64,000 nt of DNA from an uncultured Methanosarcinales archaeon (GCA_964589485.1 CAZPRK010000001.1:184401-248400), one strand, 5' to 3'; positions 46,236-56,346 are shown, counted from the first letter of the stretch. Program-made: numbers and translations. Notes: a model not told the origin generated them from the letters alone.

Positions 46236-47688
46236 TCAAACTTTCACTCATTTCTTTAGGTTTCTTTAATCTCATTAATTCAAGAATTGTAGGAGCTATA
46301 TTATGTAATGCGCCTTTTTTTAATTTTATTTTTTTGTTAATAAATAAATTAACATCATTCTTTGTATGAGTTGTTGCACTATTTCCTTCCATATCTTCAC
46401 AATTACCATGATCTGATGTTATTATTAAATTTATTTTCTTATTTAGACATTTTTTCTTTATTATCCTAATACATTTATTTAATATTTTAATTGCTTCAAT
46501 TGTTTTTTCTAAGTTACCTGTATGTCCTACCATATCTCCATTAGCAAAGTTCATTACAGTTAAATCATATTTTCCTATGGTTGGAAGTAAAGCTTTTGTA
46601 ATTTTTAAAGCACTCATTTCTGGTTTTTTATCATATGTTGAAACTTTAGGCGAATCTATTAAAATTCTTTTTTCTTTAGAAAATGGTTTTTCTCTTCCGC
46701 CATTAAAGAAAAATGTAACATGTGCATATTTTTCAGTTTCAGCTATTCTTAATTGTTTTAAGTTATTTTTAGAAATAATTTCTCCTAAACTATTTTTAGG
46801 AATTTCTAGTGGAAATAGTACTTTTGCTTTTATTTTTTTATCATATTCAGTTAAACAAATAAAGTCAACTTTAATTTTACTTTTTTTAAAATAATTAAAT
46901 TTATTATCTGTGAATGCTGTTGTTAATTGTCTTGCTCTATCACTTCTAAAATTAAAAAAAACAATACAATCTTTATTCTTTAATCTGTTTTTATTAATTA
47001 TTAATGGTTTTATGAATTCATCTGTTTGGCCTTGAGAATAAGCAAATTCAATTGCTTTTTTTGAACTAAAGAATTTTTTACCTTTGTTATTAACTAAACA
47101 TTCGTATGCAATATGTTCTCTTCCCCATCTTTTGTCTCTATCCATTGCATAATACCTTCCTATTATTGATGCAATTTTACCTATGCCAAGCTTTGAACAA
47201 AACTTTTCAATGTTTTTAATATATTTTATTCCACTTTTAACCGGAGTATCTCTACCATCTGTAAAAACATGAATATAAACTTCTTTTAATTTAACTTTTT
47301 TAGCTAATTCTAATAATGCAAATAAATGATTAATATGACTATGTACACCTGCATCTGAGCATAGTCCAATTAAATGTAATGCATTGTTACTTTTTTTAAT
47401 TTTATTAAGACTATCTAATAATGTTTTATTTTTAAAAAAAGATTTATCTTTAATACTTTTATTTATTCTAATTAAATCTTGATCAATTAATTTTCCTGAT
47501 CCAATATGAGTATGCCCAACTTCGCTGTTTCCTATAAAACCATTAGGTAAACCAACATGTTTACCGGAGGCTTTTAGCTTACATTTAGATAAATTATACA
47601 TGGAAGTTAAATATTTAGTTGTATCGTATTTATTTTCTTTACCTACTCCAACACCATCTAAAATCATAAGTAAAACTTTAGATCCCAT
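46222..47688 (-). CDS. gpmI: 2,3-bisphosphoglycerate-independent phosphoglycerate mutase (bacterial GpmI type)
   Basis: LLMILDGVGVG; NSEVGHTHIGSGK; C-terminal ITSDHGNCEDM...HTKNDV. Confidence 0.85.
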   Translation of the reverse strand: MGSKVLLMILDGVGVGKENKYDTTKYLTSMYNLSKCKLKASGKHVGLPNGFIGNSEVGHTHIGSGKLIDQDLIRINKSIKDKSFFKNKTLLDSLNKIKKSNNALHLIGLCSDAGVHSHINHLFALLELAKKVKLKEVYIHVFTDGRDTPVKSGIKYIKNIEKFCSKLGIGKIASIIGRYYAMDRDKRWGREHIAYECLVNNKGKKFFSSKKAIEFAYSQGQTDEFIKPLIINKNRLKNKDCIVFFNFRSDRARQLTTAFTDNKFNYFKKSKIKVDFICLTEYDKKIKAKVLFPLEIPKNSLGEIISKNNLKQLRIAETEKYAHVTFFFNGGREKPFSKEKRILIDSPKVSTYDKKPEMSALKITKALLPTIGKYDLTVMNFANGDMVGHTGNLEKTIEAIKILNKCIRIIKKKCLNKKINLIITSDHGNCEDMEGNSATTHTKNDVNLFINKKIKLKKGALHNIAPTILELMRLKKPKEMSESLIIPT

Positions 47689-48895
47689 ATTTTGACCTCT
47701 TTAAAAATTCTTCAATTCGTAATAATTGATTATATTTAGCTGTTCTTTCTCCTCTACAAGGAGCTCCTAATTTGATTTGTCCACAACCTAAAGAAACAGA
47801 TAAATCTGAAATAAAAGTGTCTTCAGTTTCACCGCTTCTATGACTTACCATAACTTTCCATTTATTTTTCATTGCTAGTTTAGCAGCATTTAATGATTCT
47901 GTAACTGTTCCTATTTGATTTACTTTTAATAATAAAGAATTACATAATTTATTATTTATAGCTATTTTTATTCTATTTGTGTTTGTAACTAATAAATCAT
48001 CACCCACGATTTGAATTTTACTTTTTTTAGTTAATTCTTGCCAAGGAGAAAAATCATCTTGATCAAATGGGTCTTCTAAAGATATTATATTATATTTTTT
48101 AATTAATTTCAAATAATAATCTACTAATTCCTCTTTACTTAACTTTTTTCCAATATTATACTTTCCTTTAGAATAAAATTCGGATGCAGCTGCATCTATA
48201 GCAATACCTAGTTTATATCCACTTTTATCTATTGCTTTTTGAATTAAGTTTAACGCTTGTTCAGCATTTTTCAAAGAGGGAGCAAATCCACCTTCATCGC
48301 CAACATGAGTAGAATTTTTTCCGTATTTTTTATTTATTTCCTGCTTTAAAATATGATATATTTCACTTATTTGTTGTGTAGCTGTAGAAAAAGATTTGGC
48401 TTTAACAGGTGCAATCATAAATTCTTGCATTGCTAATTTTCCTGCAGCATGTCTTCCACCATTAATGATATTGGAAAATGGAATTGGCATTATTTTTTTA
48501 CTTCCTAATGTTTGAAAAAGTTGTTTATTATTAGTTAATGCATTACATCTAGCCACCGCCATACTTATGCCTAAAATAGAATTTGCACCTAATTTTGCTT
48601 TATTATTAGTACCATCTAATTTTAGCATTAAATTATCAACTTGTTTTTGATTTAGACTATGACCTATTAGTTTTTTTTTAATTAAGTTAACATTTTTTAT
48701 TGCTTTATGTACACTTTTTCCAAAATATTCTTTTTTATTATCTCTTAACTCTAAAGCTTCATGAATTCCAGTTGAAGCTCCTGAAGGTACAATAGAACGA
48801 CCAATAATTTTACCAGAATGAACTTCTACTTCTAAAGTAGGGTTTCCTCTTGAATCTAGAACTTGTTTACCTTTAATATTTGTTATTTTACTCAT
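47678..48895 (-). CDS. eno: enolase
   Basis: ITNIKGKQVLDSRGNPTLEVEV; SGASTGIHEALELRD; SHRSGETEDTFISDL. Confidence 0.95.
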   Translation of the reverse strand: MSKITNIKGKQVLDSRGNPTLEVEVHSGKIIGRSIVPSGASTGIHEALELRDNKKEYFGKSVHKAIKNVNLIKKKLIGHSLNQKQVDNLMLKLDGTNNKAKLGANSILGISMAVARCNALTNNKQLFQTLGSKKIMPIPFSNIINGGRHAAGKLAMQEFMIAPVKAKSFSTATQQISEIYHILKQEINKKYGKNSTHVGDEGGFAPSLKNAEQALNLIQKAIDKSGYKLGIAIDAAASEFYSKGKYNIGKKLSKEELVDYYLKLIKKYNIISLEDPFDQDDFSPWQELTKKSKIQIVGDDLLVTNTNRIKIAINNKLCNSLLLKVNQIGTVTESLNAAKLAMKNKWKVMVSHRSGETEDTFISDLSVSLGCGQIKLGAPCRGERTAKYNQLLRIEEFLKRSKYGI

Positions 48896-48910
48896 TATAT
48901 GGACTTATTG

Positions 48911-49915
48911 TTAAGCTGATTTAAATATGTTTTTAATAACTTCTTGCAATCCATTTTCAAAATTAATTTTTTTAAATTTTTTATTCTTAAATTCATTAAA
49001 TTTACTCACATTAAATCTTTCACAGAAAAAACCATATTGCATCTTTTCAAGATAAATAGCATTAAAAACTTGTTCAAATTGTTTTTTTACCGGGATTGAC
49101 ATTATCGGTTTTTTTAGAAATAAGGCTTCACTTATCAATGTAAATCCTCCATTTGTTATTATTCCTTTACAGTTAGCCAAATCTTCATAAAATTCAATTT
49201 CATTATTTTTTTTAAAGTTAAGATTTTTTATTTGCTTAGTTTCATGAAAACCATATATTATGAATTTTTCTTCAATTTTTTGTAATTCATCTAATAATTT
49301 TTGATTAGATGTAGAAGTTTGATATACTAAATAAAAACCATTATTTTTACATTTTAATTCAGATATTTGTTTTCGAATTACAGGGTTAACTATTACTGTA
49401 TTAATATCTTTAATAGGGGGATGAAAAAAATGTGTTATTATATTTTTACTAGAATATGGAATTGTTAGAAATATTGCAATTTTTGATAATATTTTCTGAT
49501 AAATGTAATTAAATTTAGTATTGAGTTTAGATTTAGGAATTATATGTTGATTATCTATACTAATAACTTTACATTTTTTGTTCATTCCTAGGTAAGAACC
49601 TATTGGTTCAAAGTCAGTAATAATAATGTTTGGTTTAAATTTATCATATATTTCTTCTACTTTCTTGTAGCATGAATACATTTTTGGTAACTTAATTAAA
49701 TTTTGAAAAAATGTTCTAATATTTTTAACTTCATTATTTATATAAGTAATATTAAACGAAGTAATTACATTAACTTTTGAATTAGAAAAATATTTAATTT
49801 TATTTTTTCCGCAGAAAATTCTAACTTCATGTTCTTTTTCTAATTCTTGAATTATTGATTTGCTTCTTATAGAATGTCCCATTCCTTCCCCTGCAACAAA
49901 ATACATTATTTTCAT
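48911..49915 (-). CDS. GT-B fold glycosyltransferase (MJ1255/TIGR00661-like)
   Basis: IMYFVAGEGMGHSIRSKSI start. C-terminal GIITNGGFTLISEALFLKKP nucleotide-sugar-binding-like block. Confidence 0.6.
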   Translation of the reverse strand: MKIMYFVAGEGMGHSIRSKSIIQELEKEHEVRIFCGKNKIKYFSNSKVNVITSFNITYINNEVKNIRTFFQNLIKLPKMYSCYKKVEEIYDKFKPNIIITDFEPIGSYLGMNKKCKVISIDNQHIIPKSKLNTKFNYIYQKILSKIAIFLTIPYSSKNIITHFFHPPIKDINTVIVNPVIRKQISELKCKNNGFYLVYQTSTSNQKLLDELQKIEEKFIIYGFHETKQIKNLNFKKNNEIEFYEDLANCKGIITNGGFTLISEALFLKKPIMSIPVKKQFEQVFNAIYLEKMQYGFFCERFNVSKFNEFKNKKFKKINFENGLQEVIKNIFKSA

Positions 49916-50592
49916 CTTATTTCTATTCTTTCCTTATTATATTTTTTACCGAATATAAAGTTACTTATTCCACTTTTAATCCATTCATAAAATACATTGA
50001 TGTAGCCTAATTTATTATATCTTCTTCTTGATTCAAATATGATTAGGTCAAGAAATTTAATTTTACCTTTTTTTCTTAACCTTCTAAATAGCTCAACATC
50101 TTCTCCAACTGTAATATTTTCATCATATTTTTCAAAGTATGCTTTTTTAATAATTTGACATCCGCCTCTTCCTGTTCCAAATCCGATACTTAGCAGAAAT
50201 TGTATTAATTTATTTAAAGTTGTATGAACTATTATATCTATTGTTTTCTCTTCCTCTGGTTTAATTCTAATATTACACGTACCCCCAATAAAATTATTTT
50301 GCATTTTTGTATTTATATCACTAAGAAAAGATGTATTTTGAATAACCATGTCCGAATCTATAAAAATTAATATCTCCCCTTTTGCTAACTTTGCTCCATT
50401 GTTTCTTCCGTTTGAAGGATTATTTGATTTAGTAACTATACATCCAAAATTTTTAGCAATTTTTAAAGTATTATCTGTTGAATTATCACATACAATTATT
50501 TCATAATCAGAAAAGTCTTGTTTTTTAATTGATTCTAATAATAAAGGTAAGTATTTTTCTTCATTTTTAGTAATTATTATTATGCTTAACAT
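49912..50592 (-). CDS. family 2 glycosyltransferase
   Basis: LSIIIITKNEEKYLPLLLESIKKQDF..YEIIVCDNSTDNT. DxD motif in FIDSDM. Confidence 0.8.
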   Translation of the reverse strand: MLSIIIITKNEEKYLPLLLESIKKQDFSDYEIIVCDNSTDNTLKIAKNFGCIVTKSNNPSNGRNNGAKLAKGEILIFIDSDMVIQNTSFLSDINTKMQNNFIGGTCNIRIKPEEEKTIDIIVHTTLNKLIQFLLSIGFGTGRGGCQIIKKAYFEKYDENITVGEDVELFRRLRKKGKIKFLDLIIFESRRRYNKLGYINVFYEWIKSGISNFIFGKKYNKERIEIR

Positions 50593-51335
50593 TTTAAAAA
50601 TTCTCTAATTAATTTAAGTACTAATTGTGGGTTTCTTGATAAAATTATGTGTTCTTTATTTAGAACTAATACATTTTTATTCTTTTTAAGAAACTTTTCT
50701 TTAGATATTAATCCTTGATCTTTAATACAAAATACAAATAATGATTCTTTAAGAAAATTATTTTTATAATTAGAATGATATAACTCTAACACTAAATTTG
50801 AATAGTTTTTTAAACTTTTTTTTCTAAAATCAAAACCATTTAAATAATGATATACTCTTGGTTTTTTCCATTCATTTTCTAAATCATAAAATATATTTTC
50901 TCCAGGGATAAAATAAGAAATAAATTTTACAAATTTTGCAAAGTAATATAAAGCAAGACTTCCTTTAGTATCCTGAGATAATGGGTTTATTAGAAAACAT
51001 TTTGTTTTTCTTTTATATATTTCAGAGTGTTGTAATGCAATGTTTGCTCCTAAACTGTTTCCTATTATTATATAATCTTTAATCTTTTCTTTCTTTAATA
51101 TTAATTCAAAGTCTTTAACCATATTTTTAATTTTAACATTTTTGTTTTCAGATTTACCATGTCCCCTTAGGTCAATAGCTAATGTGCCATAATTTAATTT
51201 TTCTAATTCTTGGTAAACTTTTTTCCAAGATGTATGATTAGATATAACTCCATGAAGAAATATAAGCATTTTTTTCTTTTTATTCATATAATAATTAATT
51301 TTACATTTATCAAAACTTTCCATTAGTTTATACAT
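50586..51335 (-). CDS. alpha/beta-fold hydrolase
   Basis: LIFLHGVISNHTSW. Nucleophile elbow GNSLGA. Confidence 0.75.
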   Translation of the reverse strand: MYKLMESFDKCKINYYMNKKKKMLIFLHGVISNHTSWKKVYQELEKLNYGTLAIDLRGHGKSENKNVKIKNMVKDFELILKKEKIKDYIIIGNSLGANIALQHSEIYKRKTKCFLINPLSQDTKGSLALYYFAKFVKFISYFIPGENIFYDLENEWKKPRVYHYLNGFDFRKKSLKNYSNLVLELYHSNYKNNFLKESLFVFCIKDQGLISKEKFLKKNKNVLVLNKEHIILSRNPQLVLKLIREFLKC

Positions 51336-52431
51336 TAAGATTCATCTCCAAAAATATACTACTCCATAACATACCTTCATCTGAAACGTAAAATGGAGTT
51401 TTGTATATAGTTCCATTTGGATTAAATAGTTCCATATAATTTTTATTTTCTTCAATATTTAGTTTATATTGTTCAATATATTTTTTGGCTAGTTTTTTAT
51501 CGAAGTCATATGTAGTTTTAACAAAACATGCTCCTAAATGCATCCAAATAGTATTTCCTTCATAGTTTGGAGCAAAAAATTCTGGTAAAAACATTTCTTT
51601 CTTTTTTTGGTCTTTTTGTACATATTTTAATGGCCAAGGTTTATCTAATGCTTTTTCTTGAATTTTATTTAAACAACTTTTAAACATTTTTTTTGATGTG
51701 AAATTTTTAGTCCAAAAAGGAAATGTATTAGCATCTCCGGCTACATGGATATTTCCACTTAAATCATCAAGAAAATATTCACCAGTCCAAAAATGTTCTT
51801 TTTGTATTTTTTTAAAGTTATAAGATTTAAATGGATTTTCTAATTTTAATTTATTTAATTCATTAGATAACATAAAAATCATACTGTTAGTATACATTGA
51901 ACTTTGTTTAATGTAATGATCTCTCATTTCAGAAAAATGTTTATTTTTTTTAATTATGCCTAATTCTTTATCGAATGAAAGAGAAAAAGCTTTATTAACT
52001 TCTTTATTGATAAAATTCTCATACTTAGTTAATAATTCTTTATCTTTTGTTAACCTTAAATTTCTAAGCATATATGCAATTGACTCTGGGGTATAACAAG
52101 GAAAATCAATAGCATATCCATCAGGTGTAATTTGTGTTGTAATTCTATTTTGTTTTGAAAATATATTTAATGCATATTTCATACTCTTTTTAACTTCATT
52201 TTTATATCCTAATTTAATCAAACTTTCACTACACATACCAAAGTCTCTACTCCAGAATTGATTGAAATTCCCACCACCTGTTTTAAAAAATTGTCCATTC
52301 CAACAATTCTTAATTATTTGTTTACAGATTTCATTACTATTGCCTCGGTATACTTTATTATTAGTAAATCTTCTTTTTAATGCTCTAAATATAAATCTAG
52401 ATCCTTCTTTTAATAACAATAAGTTATCCAT
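51328..52431 (-). CDS. (alpha/alpha)6-barrel glycoside-hydrolase-like protein (GDE_C/GH63-like)
   Basis: FWSRDFGMCSESLIKLGY resembles the f.gRD..i...gl block of glycogen-debranching/GH63-type enzymes. An aromatic-rich C-terminal half is present. Confidence 0.4.
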   Translation of the reverse strand: MDNLLLLKEGSRFIFRALKRRFTNNKVYRGNSNEICKQIIKNCWNGQFFKTGGGNFNQFWSRDFGMCSESLIKLGYKNEVKKSMKYALNIFSKQNRITTQITPDGYAIDFPCYTPESIAYMLRNLRLTKDKELLTKYENFINKEVNKAFSLSFDKELGIIKKNKHFSEMRDHYIKQSSMYTNSMIFMLSNELNKLKLENPFKSYNFKKIQKEHFWTGEYFLDDLSGNIHVAGDANTFPFWTKNFTSKKMFKSCLNKIQEKALDKPWPLKYVQKDQKKKEMFLPEFFAPNYEGNTIWMHLGACFVKTTYDFDKKLAKKYIEQYKLNIEENKNYMELFNPNGTIYKTPFYVSDEGMLWSSIFLEMNLNV

Positions 52432-52491
52432 AAGATAAACTATAAAGAGTTCTTTTATATAGGTTTTGTGTTGAAATAACTAGGAATTAAA

Positions 52492-52566
52492 CGGGTCAGG
52501 GAGGATTCGAACCCCCGGTCTGCAGCTTAGGAGGCTGCCGCCCTATCCAGGCTAGGCTACTGACCC
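52492..52566 (-). tRNA. tRNA-Arg (CCT), no intron
   Basis: Minus-strand reading: GGGTCAG-TA-GCCT-AGCCTGGATA-GGGC-G-GCAGC-CTCCTAA-GCTGC-AGACC-GGGGG-TTCGAAT-CCTCC-CTGACCC-G. Confidence 0.9.
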
Positions 52567-52610
52567 ATAAATATGCCAAAATTCAGTAATTTAAAAAGCT
52601 TTACATTGGT

Positions 52611-52620
52611 TTTATATATA
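52611..52620 (+). promoter_or_regulatory. TATA box for truD
   Basis: TTTATATATA is centred 26 nt upstream of the ATG at 52641. Confidence 0.45.
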
Positions 52621-52640
52621 ATTTAACTTCATTTCATTCT

Positions 52641-53570
52641 ATGTATAAAATAAAACAACTTCCTGAGGATTTTATAGTAAAAGAAGTTACAAATATAATC
52701 CCTAATAAGGGCCATTACAAATTATTTTGGATGACAAAAACTAATTTGAACACAAATCAAGCTGTAGATTTTATTTCAAAGAGATTAAATATTTCTAAAA
52801 AATTTATTGGATTTGCTGGAGCTAAAGATAAATTAGCTATAACAACTCAATTAATTTCAATAAAGTGTAATAAAAGAGTAGGAAAAATAAAAGATATTTC
52901 TTTAGAACCGTTTGGAGATTATAATCAAAAATTAGCATTAGGTGATCTAAAAGGAAATAATTTTGAAATTACTTTAAGAAATTTAGATTCTAGAATTAAT
53001 TTAACTAAAACTAAATTTATAAATACATTTGGAGATCAAAGGTTTTCTAAAAATAATGTAGAAATTGGAAAGTTAATATTACAAAAAAAGTTCAAAGAAG
53101 CAATAAATTTAATTTTAGAGTCTGATGGGTATTATGAAAAAAAAATAAATAGTTACATAAATAAAAATAAAACTGATTTTATAGGTGCTTTAAGGTTATT
53201 AGATAAAGTAACTTTGAAAATGTTTATTCATGCTTATCAAAGTAAGATTTGGAATGATTGTTCAGAAATTAACAAAAATCTAACCTTACCCTTAGTTGGA
53301 TTTGGAACTCATTTTCAGGATAATGAAATTGAAAAATTAATATTACAAAAGCTCGATAAAGATAAATTAACATTAAGAAGTTTCGTAATTCAATCAATTC
53401 CATACCTTTCTTCTGAAGGGGATGTAAGAGATTTATACATTGAGACTAAAATTGAGGAAGTTTCATTTGAAGATGATGAAATTAATAAAGGAAAGAAAAA
53501 ACAAATAATTAAATTTTATTTGCCAAAAGGATCTTATGCTACTGAAGTAATTAAACAATTATTTTCTTAA
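52641..53570 (+). CDS. truD: tRNA pseudouridine synthase D (TruD/Pus7 family)
   Basis: LPEDFIVKEV start. The catalytic block FIGFAGAKDKLAITTQ matches the family pattern gyaG.KDk.A.T.Q. Confidence 0.8.
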   Translation: MYKIKQLPEDFIVKEVTNIIPNKGHYKLFWMTKTNLNTNQAVDFISKRLNISKKFIGFAGAKDKLAITTQLISIKCNKRVGKIKDISLEPFGDYNQKLALGDLKGNNFEITLRNLDSRINLTKTKFINTFGDQRFSKNNVEIGKLILQKKFKEAINLILESDGYYEKKINSYINKNKTDFIGALRLLDKVTLKMFIHAYQSKIWNDCSEINKNLTLPLVGFGTHFQDNEIEKLILQKLDKDKLTLRSFVIQSIPYLSSEGDVRDLYIETKIEEVSFEDDEINKGKKKQIIKFYLPKGSYATEVIKQLFS

Positions 53571-54377
53571 TGCCATTATTTTATAACATAGTTTTGCTAA
53601 AGAAAACGCTTCACTTTGAAAATTTTCATTAGGTGAAAATTCTACAATGTCAGCTCCAATTACATTTTTATATGAAAAAATTATTTTTAAAATATTAATT
53701 ACATCATTCCAAAAAAATCCACCTGGTTCAGGAGTTCCAGTATTACGAATAAAACTAGGATCAAAACAATCTACATCTATAGAAATATAAACATCATTTT
53801 CTAATTCATTTAATTTTTCAATAAGTTTAGTTTCATTAAATTCATAAGCTTTAATGATATTAACATTTTGATTTTGTTTGATAACGTCACTTTCATCTTT
53901 ATCCATTGATCTAACTCCTATATTAAGAACTTTTTTATTACTTGCTATACTTTGTGCAACACATCTATGATTAAATTCAGAACCATTCCAACTATGAAAC
54001 ATATCAGGGTGAGCATCTAACATGATTACTGAACATTTTTTATCTTTAACGCATCCAATTGTAACTGAATGATCTCCACCTAAGCTAATAACAAATTTAT
54101 TTTTATGCTTTAAATGTTCATTTCTAATTTCGTTAAATGCAGCTTTTGGAGACATTTCATTTAGTTTCAAAGAAGGTAAAGTATGAATTCCCTTTTCAAA
54201 AGGTTCTACATCAAATTGTTCATCATAATATTCTAAATGTTGAGAAGCTTTTATTATTTCTTGACTTCCTTTAGATGCACCTTTACCATAAGTAAGACTT
54301 TTTTCATATTCAATAGGTAGGATGTAAAAGAAAGAATCTTCTTTACTATATTCTTCTGGTAAATTCATAAATTTCAT
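53559..54377 (-). CDS. speB: agmatinase (arginase/ureohydrolase family)
   Basis: Mn-ligand motifs GGDHSVT, LDAHPD, SIDVDCFDPSF and TPEPGG. Confidence 0.85.
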   Translation of the reverse strand: MKFMNLPEEYSKEDSFFYILPIEYEKSLTYGKGASKGSQEIIKASQHLEYYDEQFDVEPFEKGIHTLPSLKLNEMSPKAAFNEIRNEHLKHKNKFVISLGGDHSVTIGCVKDKKCSVIMLDAHPDMFHSWNGSEFNHRCVAQSIASNKKVLNIGVRSMDKDESDVIKQNQNVNIIKAYEFNETKLIEKLNELENDVYISIDVDCFDPSFIRNTGTPEPGGFFWNDVINILKIIFSYKNVIGADIVEFSPNENFQSEAFSLAKLCYKIMALRK

Positions 54378-54904
54378 TTTTCAAACCTATTCGCAATTAA
54401 TAAATATCCTATATCGTGAAATAATAAAGCTATCCAAATTAAAATATTACCAATAAAAAATCCTACTATTAATGTAATAATCTCTAGAATTGGTCTAGCT
54501 GATATTATTTTTTTAATTGTTTTATTTTTAATATGTAGTTTATCAAAATAATCATTAAAAAATTCTTCTACTACACAAATTATTGTAAAAAGAGATAATA
54601 AACTTAAACTATCAAATGATAAATTGAATACATAAAATAACAAAAAAGTAATACCTACTCCTGTATAATGTGCTGGAGCATCAATCTTTTTAGAAATAAT
54701 TAATCCAAAAATAATACCCATCCATAACGGAATAATAAAAGTAAACCTATACATAGTATAAAAAAGTAATAACCCATACATTGCACCTAATAATATTCTT
54801 ATAAAAATATTAGAGGTTTTTTTTGTATCTTCTAAATAATCTGAGTATTTTACTATAACCCCTGTAAAAAAACAAAGTAATATTAGAATAATTATATCGT
54901 TCAT
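54374..54904 (-). CDS. polytopic membrane protein (hypothetical), ATGA-coupled on both sides
   Basis: 176 aa with about 6 hydrophobic helices. 4-nt overlaps with both the SpeH-DHS fusion and the agmatinase gene. Confidence 0.6.
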   Translation of the reverse strand: MNDIIILILLCFFTGVIVKYSDYLEDTKKTSNIFIRILLGAMYGLLLFYTMYRFTFIIPLWMGIIFGLIISKKIDAPAHYTGVGITFLLFYVFNLSFDSLSLLSLFTIICVVEEFFNDYFDKLHIKNKTIKKIISARPILEIITLIVGFFIGNILIWIALLFHDIGYLLIANRFEK

Positions 54905-56229
54905 TCTATATCCTCATATTGCATATAAGTTGCAAGTAACGGGAATACAATTGTAGCATCGGATTCAATGCATACACTATTTCCTGATTTTTTTATTTTA
55001 CTCCAAGATTTAGCTTCTTTTGGTCTTGCACCTGAAAGTGAACCATCACCTTCGCTTGAAGTTGTTACATATATTGCATAATCAAGACCTTCTCTAAGTA
55101 TATTGACTCCTATTAAATGATGCTTTGCAATACCTCCTCCAAGAATAATTCCTGCAGTTTTATCTGCAGATAATACTTTATCTGCTAATTTTTTCATGTC
55201 TCCAGTAACATCAATACCAAAATCTGGGTTTTTTTGTTTAAAGAAATACAATTGTAACCCTATTGCCCCATCTGTTATTCCTGGACAAAAAATAGGTATA
55301 TTATTTTTAGTTGCCCAATATAAAATTGAATTTTCATCATTAATATTTTCACCTAGTTTGTATATAAATTCAGAAGGAGAAATTAATTTATTTTTTTCAG
55401 TTTGTTCTTTATTGAGTTTATGAAAAAAAGGAGTTAATACATCTTCTAATTTTTCATATCTGTCATCTGGTATAAAAATATTACCAACTCTGTTAATTCT
55501 TTTTTTATGTAATTCTATATCACTTACTTCAAAGTTTCCTAATAAGAATGGTTTATCTACTTTCATTAAATCTTCTTCAATTGATCCAGTTGAAGTAATT
55601 ATGGCATCTACTAATTTATGTTTTACCAATTGAGCAAAAATTTCTCTTAAGCCAGAACTTACCATATTTGAAGTAAAGCTAAGAAAAGTTGTTGCTTTTT
55701 CTTTTTTTATTTTTGAGAGTATTTCTGTTGCTTGTCCAAGGTGTGTTGCTTGAAATCCAATTTGTTTCATATCTTTTAATAATTCAATGATTTTTTTATC
55801 TTTAGATAATTCAAAACCTTTTATTTGATCTAATTTATCATTAGATTCATTTGTTAAAGTATGACCTCTTGAAATAACATTTGTTTCAACTTTTTCTGCA
55901 TTAAATTTTTCTTTAATATATTCTATTGCTTTATCATAATTAAATTCTTTACAACTAAATATATCTGCGCTTAAAAATTTTTTATTGGGGTAAGTGTGGA
56001 TTGCAATATGACTTTCGGCTACTATGACAAAACCAGTAATTCCACTTTCATTTGTATTTTCATGAGTGTATCTAACTACTTTTGGTTCTGTTATTTTATT
56101 CATTCCTATTAATTCAGGTAATTGGTTTAATATATTTTCAACTAATTCTTTATTATTAAGATCACTTGAACAGTTAAAAGCATCTATAGTTAGGTGATTT
56201 CCATCTCCATGTGTAGTTTTGGTCTCCAT
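54901..56229 (-). CDS. dys: fusion protein: pyruvoyl-type S-adenosylmethionine decarboxylase (SpeH-like, N-terminal about 125 aa) plus deoxyhypusine synthase (C-terminal about 315 aa)
   Basis: The N-terminal part HLTIDAFNC...GITGFVIVAESHIAIHTYPNKKFLSADIFSC contains the E-S-H self-cleavage motif of SpeH. The C-terminal part has GFQATHLGQA, SNMVSSGLREI, VDAIITSTGSIEEDL, RVGNIFIP, GGGIAKHH and EAKSWSKI (DHS catalytic Lys context). Confidence 0.8.
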   Translation of the reverse strand: METKTTHGDGNHLTIDAFNCSSDLNNKELVENILNQLPELIGMNKITEPKVVRYTHENTNESGITGFVIVAESHIAIHTYPNKKFLSADIFSCKEFNYDKAIEYIKEKFNAEKVETNVISRGHTLTNESNDKLDQIKGFELSKDKKIIELLKDMKQIGFQATHLGQATEILSKIKKEKATTFLSFTSNMVSSGLREIFAQLVKHKLVDAIITSTGSIEEDLMKVDKPFLLGNFEVSDIELHKKRINRVGNIFIPDDRYEKLEDVLTPFFHKLNKEQTEKNKLISPSEFIYKLGENINDENSILYWATKNNIPIFCPGITDGAIGLQLYFFKQKNPDFGIDVTGDMKKLADKVLSADKTAGIILGGGIAKHHLIGVNILREGLDYAIYVTTSSEGDGSLSGARPKEAKSWSKIKKSGNSVCIESDATIVFPLLATYMQYEDIE

Positions 56230-56308
56230 TTGGGCTAGAATGAGTATTTTCTTTATAAAGATTATTTAAAAAAGCCTCCGGCGAGAATTGCACTCGCGAC
56301 CTGCAGAT

Positions 56309-56323
56309 TGCTTGCATACCAGC
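56309..56323 (-). other. tRNA-Thr intron 2 (15 nt, canonical 37/38)
   Basis: The central helix is CTTG (positions 32-35) with CAAG of the intron. The bulges are TA|G and CA|A. Confidence 0.65.
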
Positions 56324-56330
56324 TACAAGT

Positions 56331-56346
56331 TTCGACCAATTAAATT
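56331..56346 (-). other. tRNA-Thr intron 1 (16 nt, position 30/31)
   Basis: In tRNA-sense numbering, the central helix is CGGC (nt 25-28) with GTCG (nt 41-44, one G.U pair). The bulges are AG|A and AA|A. The inner helix is essentially absent (relaxed BHB/BHL). Confidence 0.55.
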
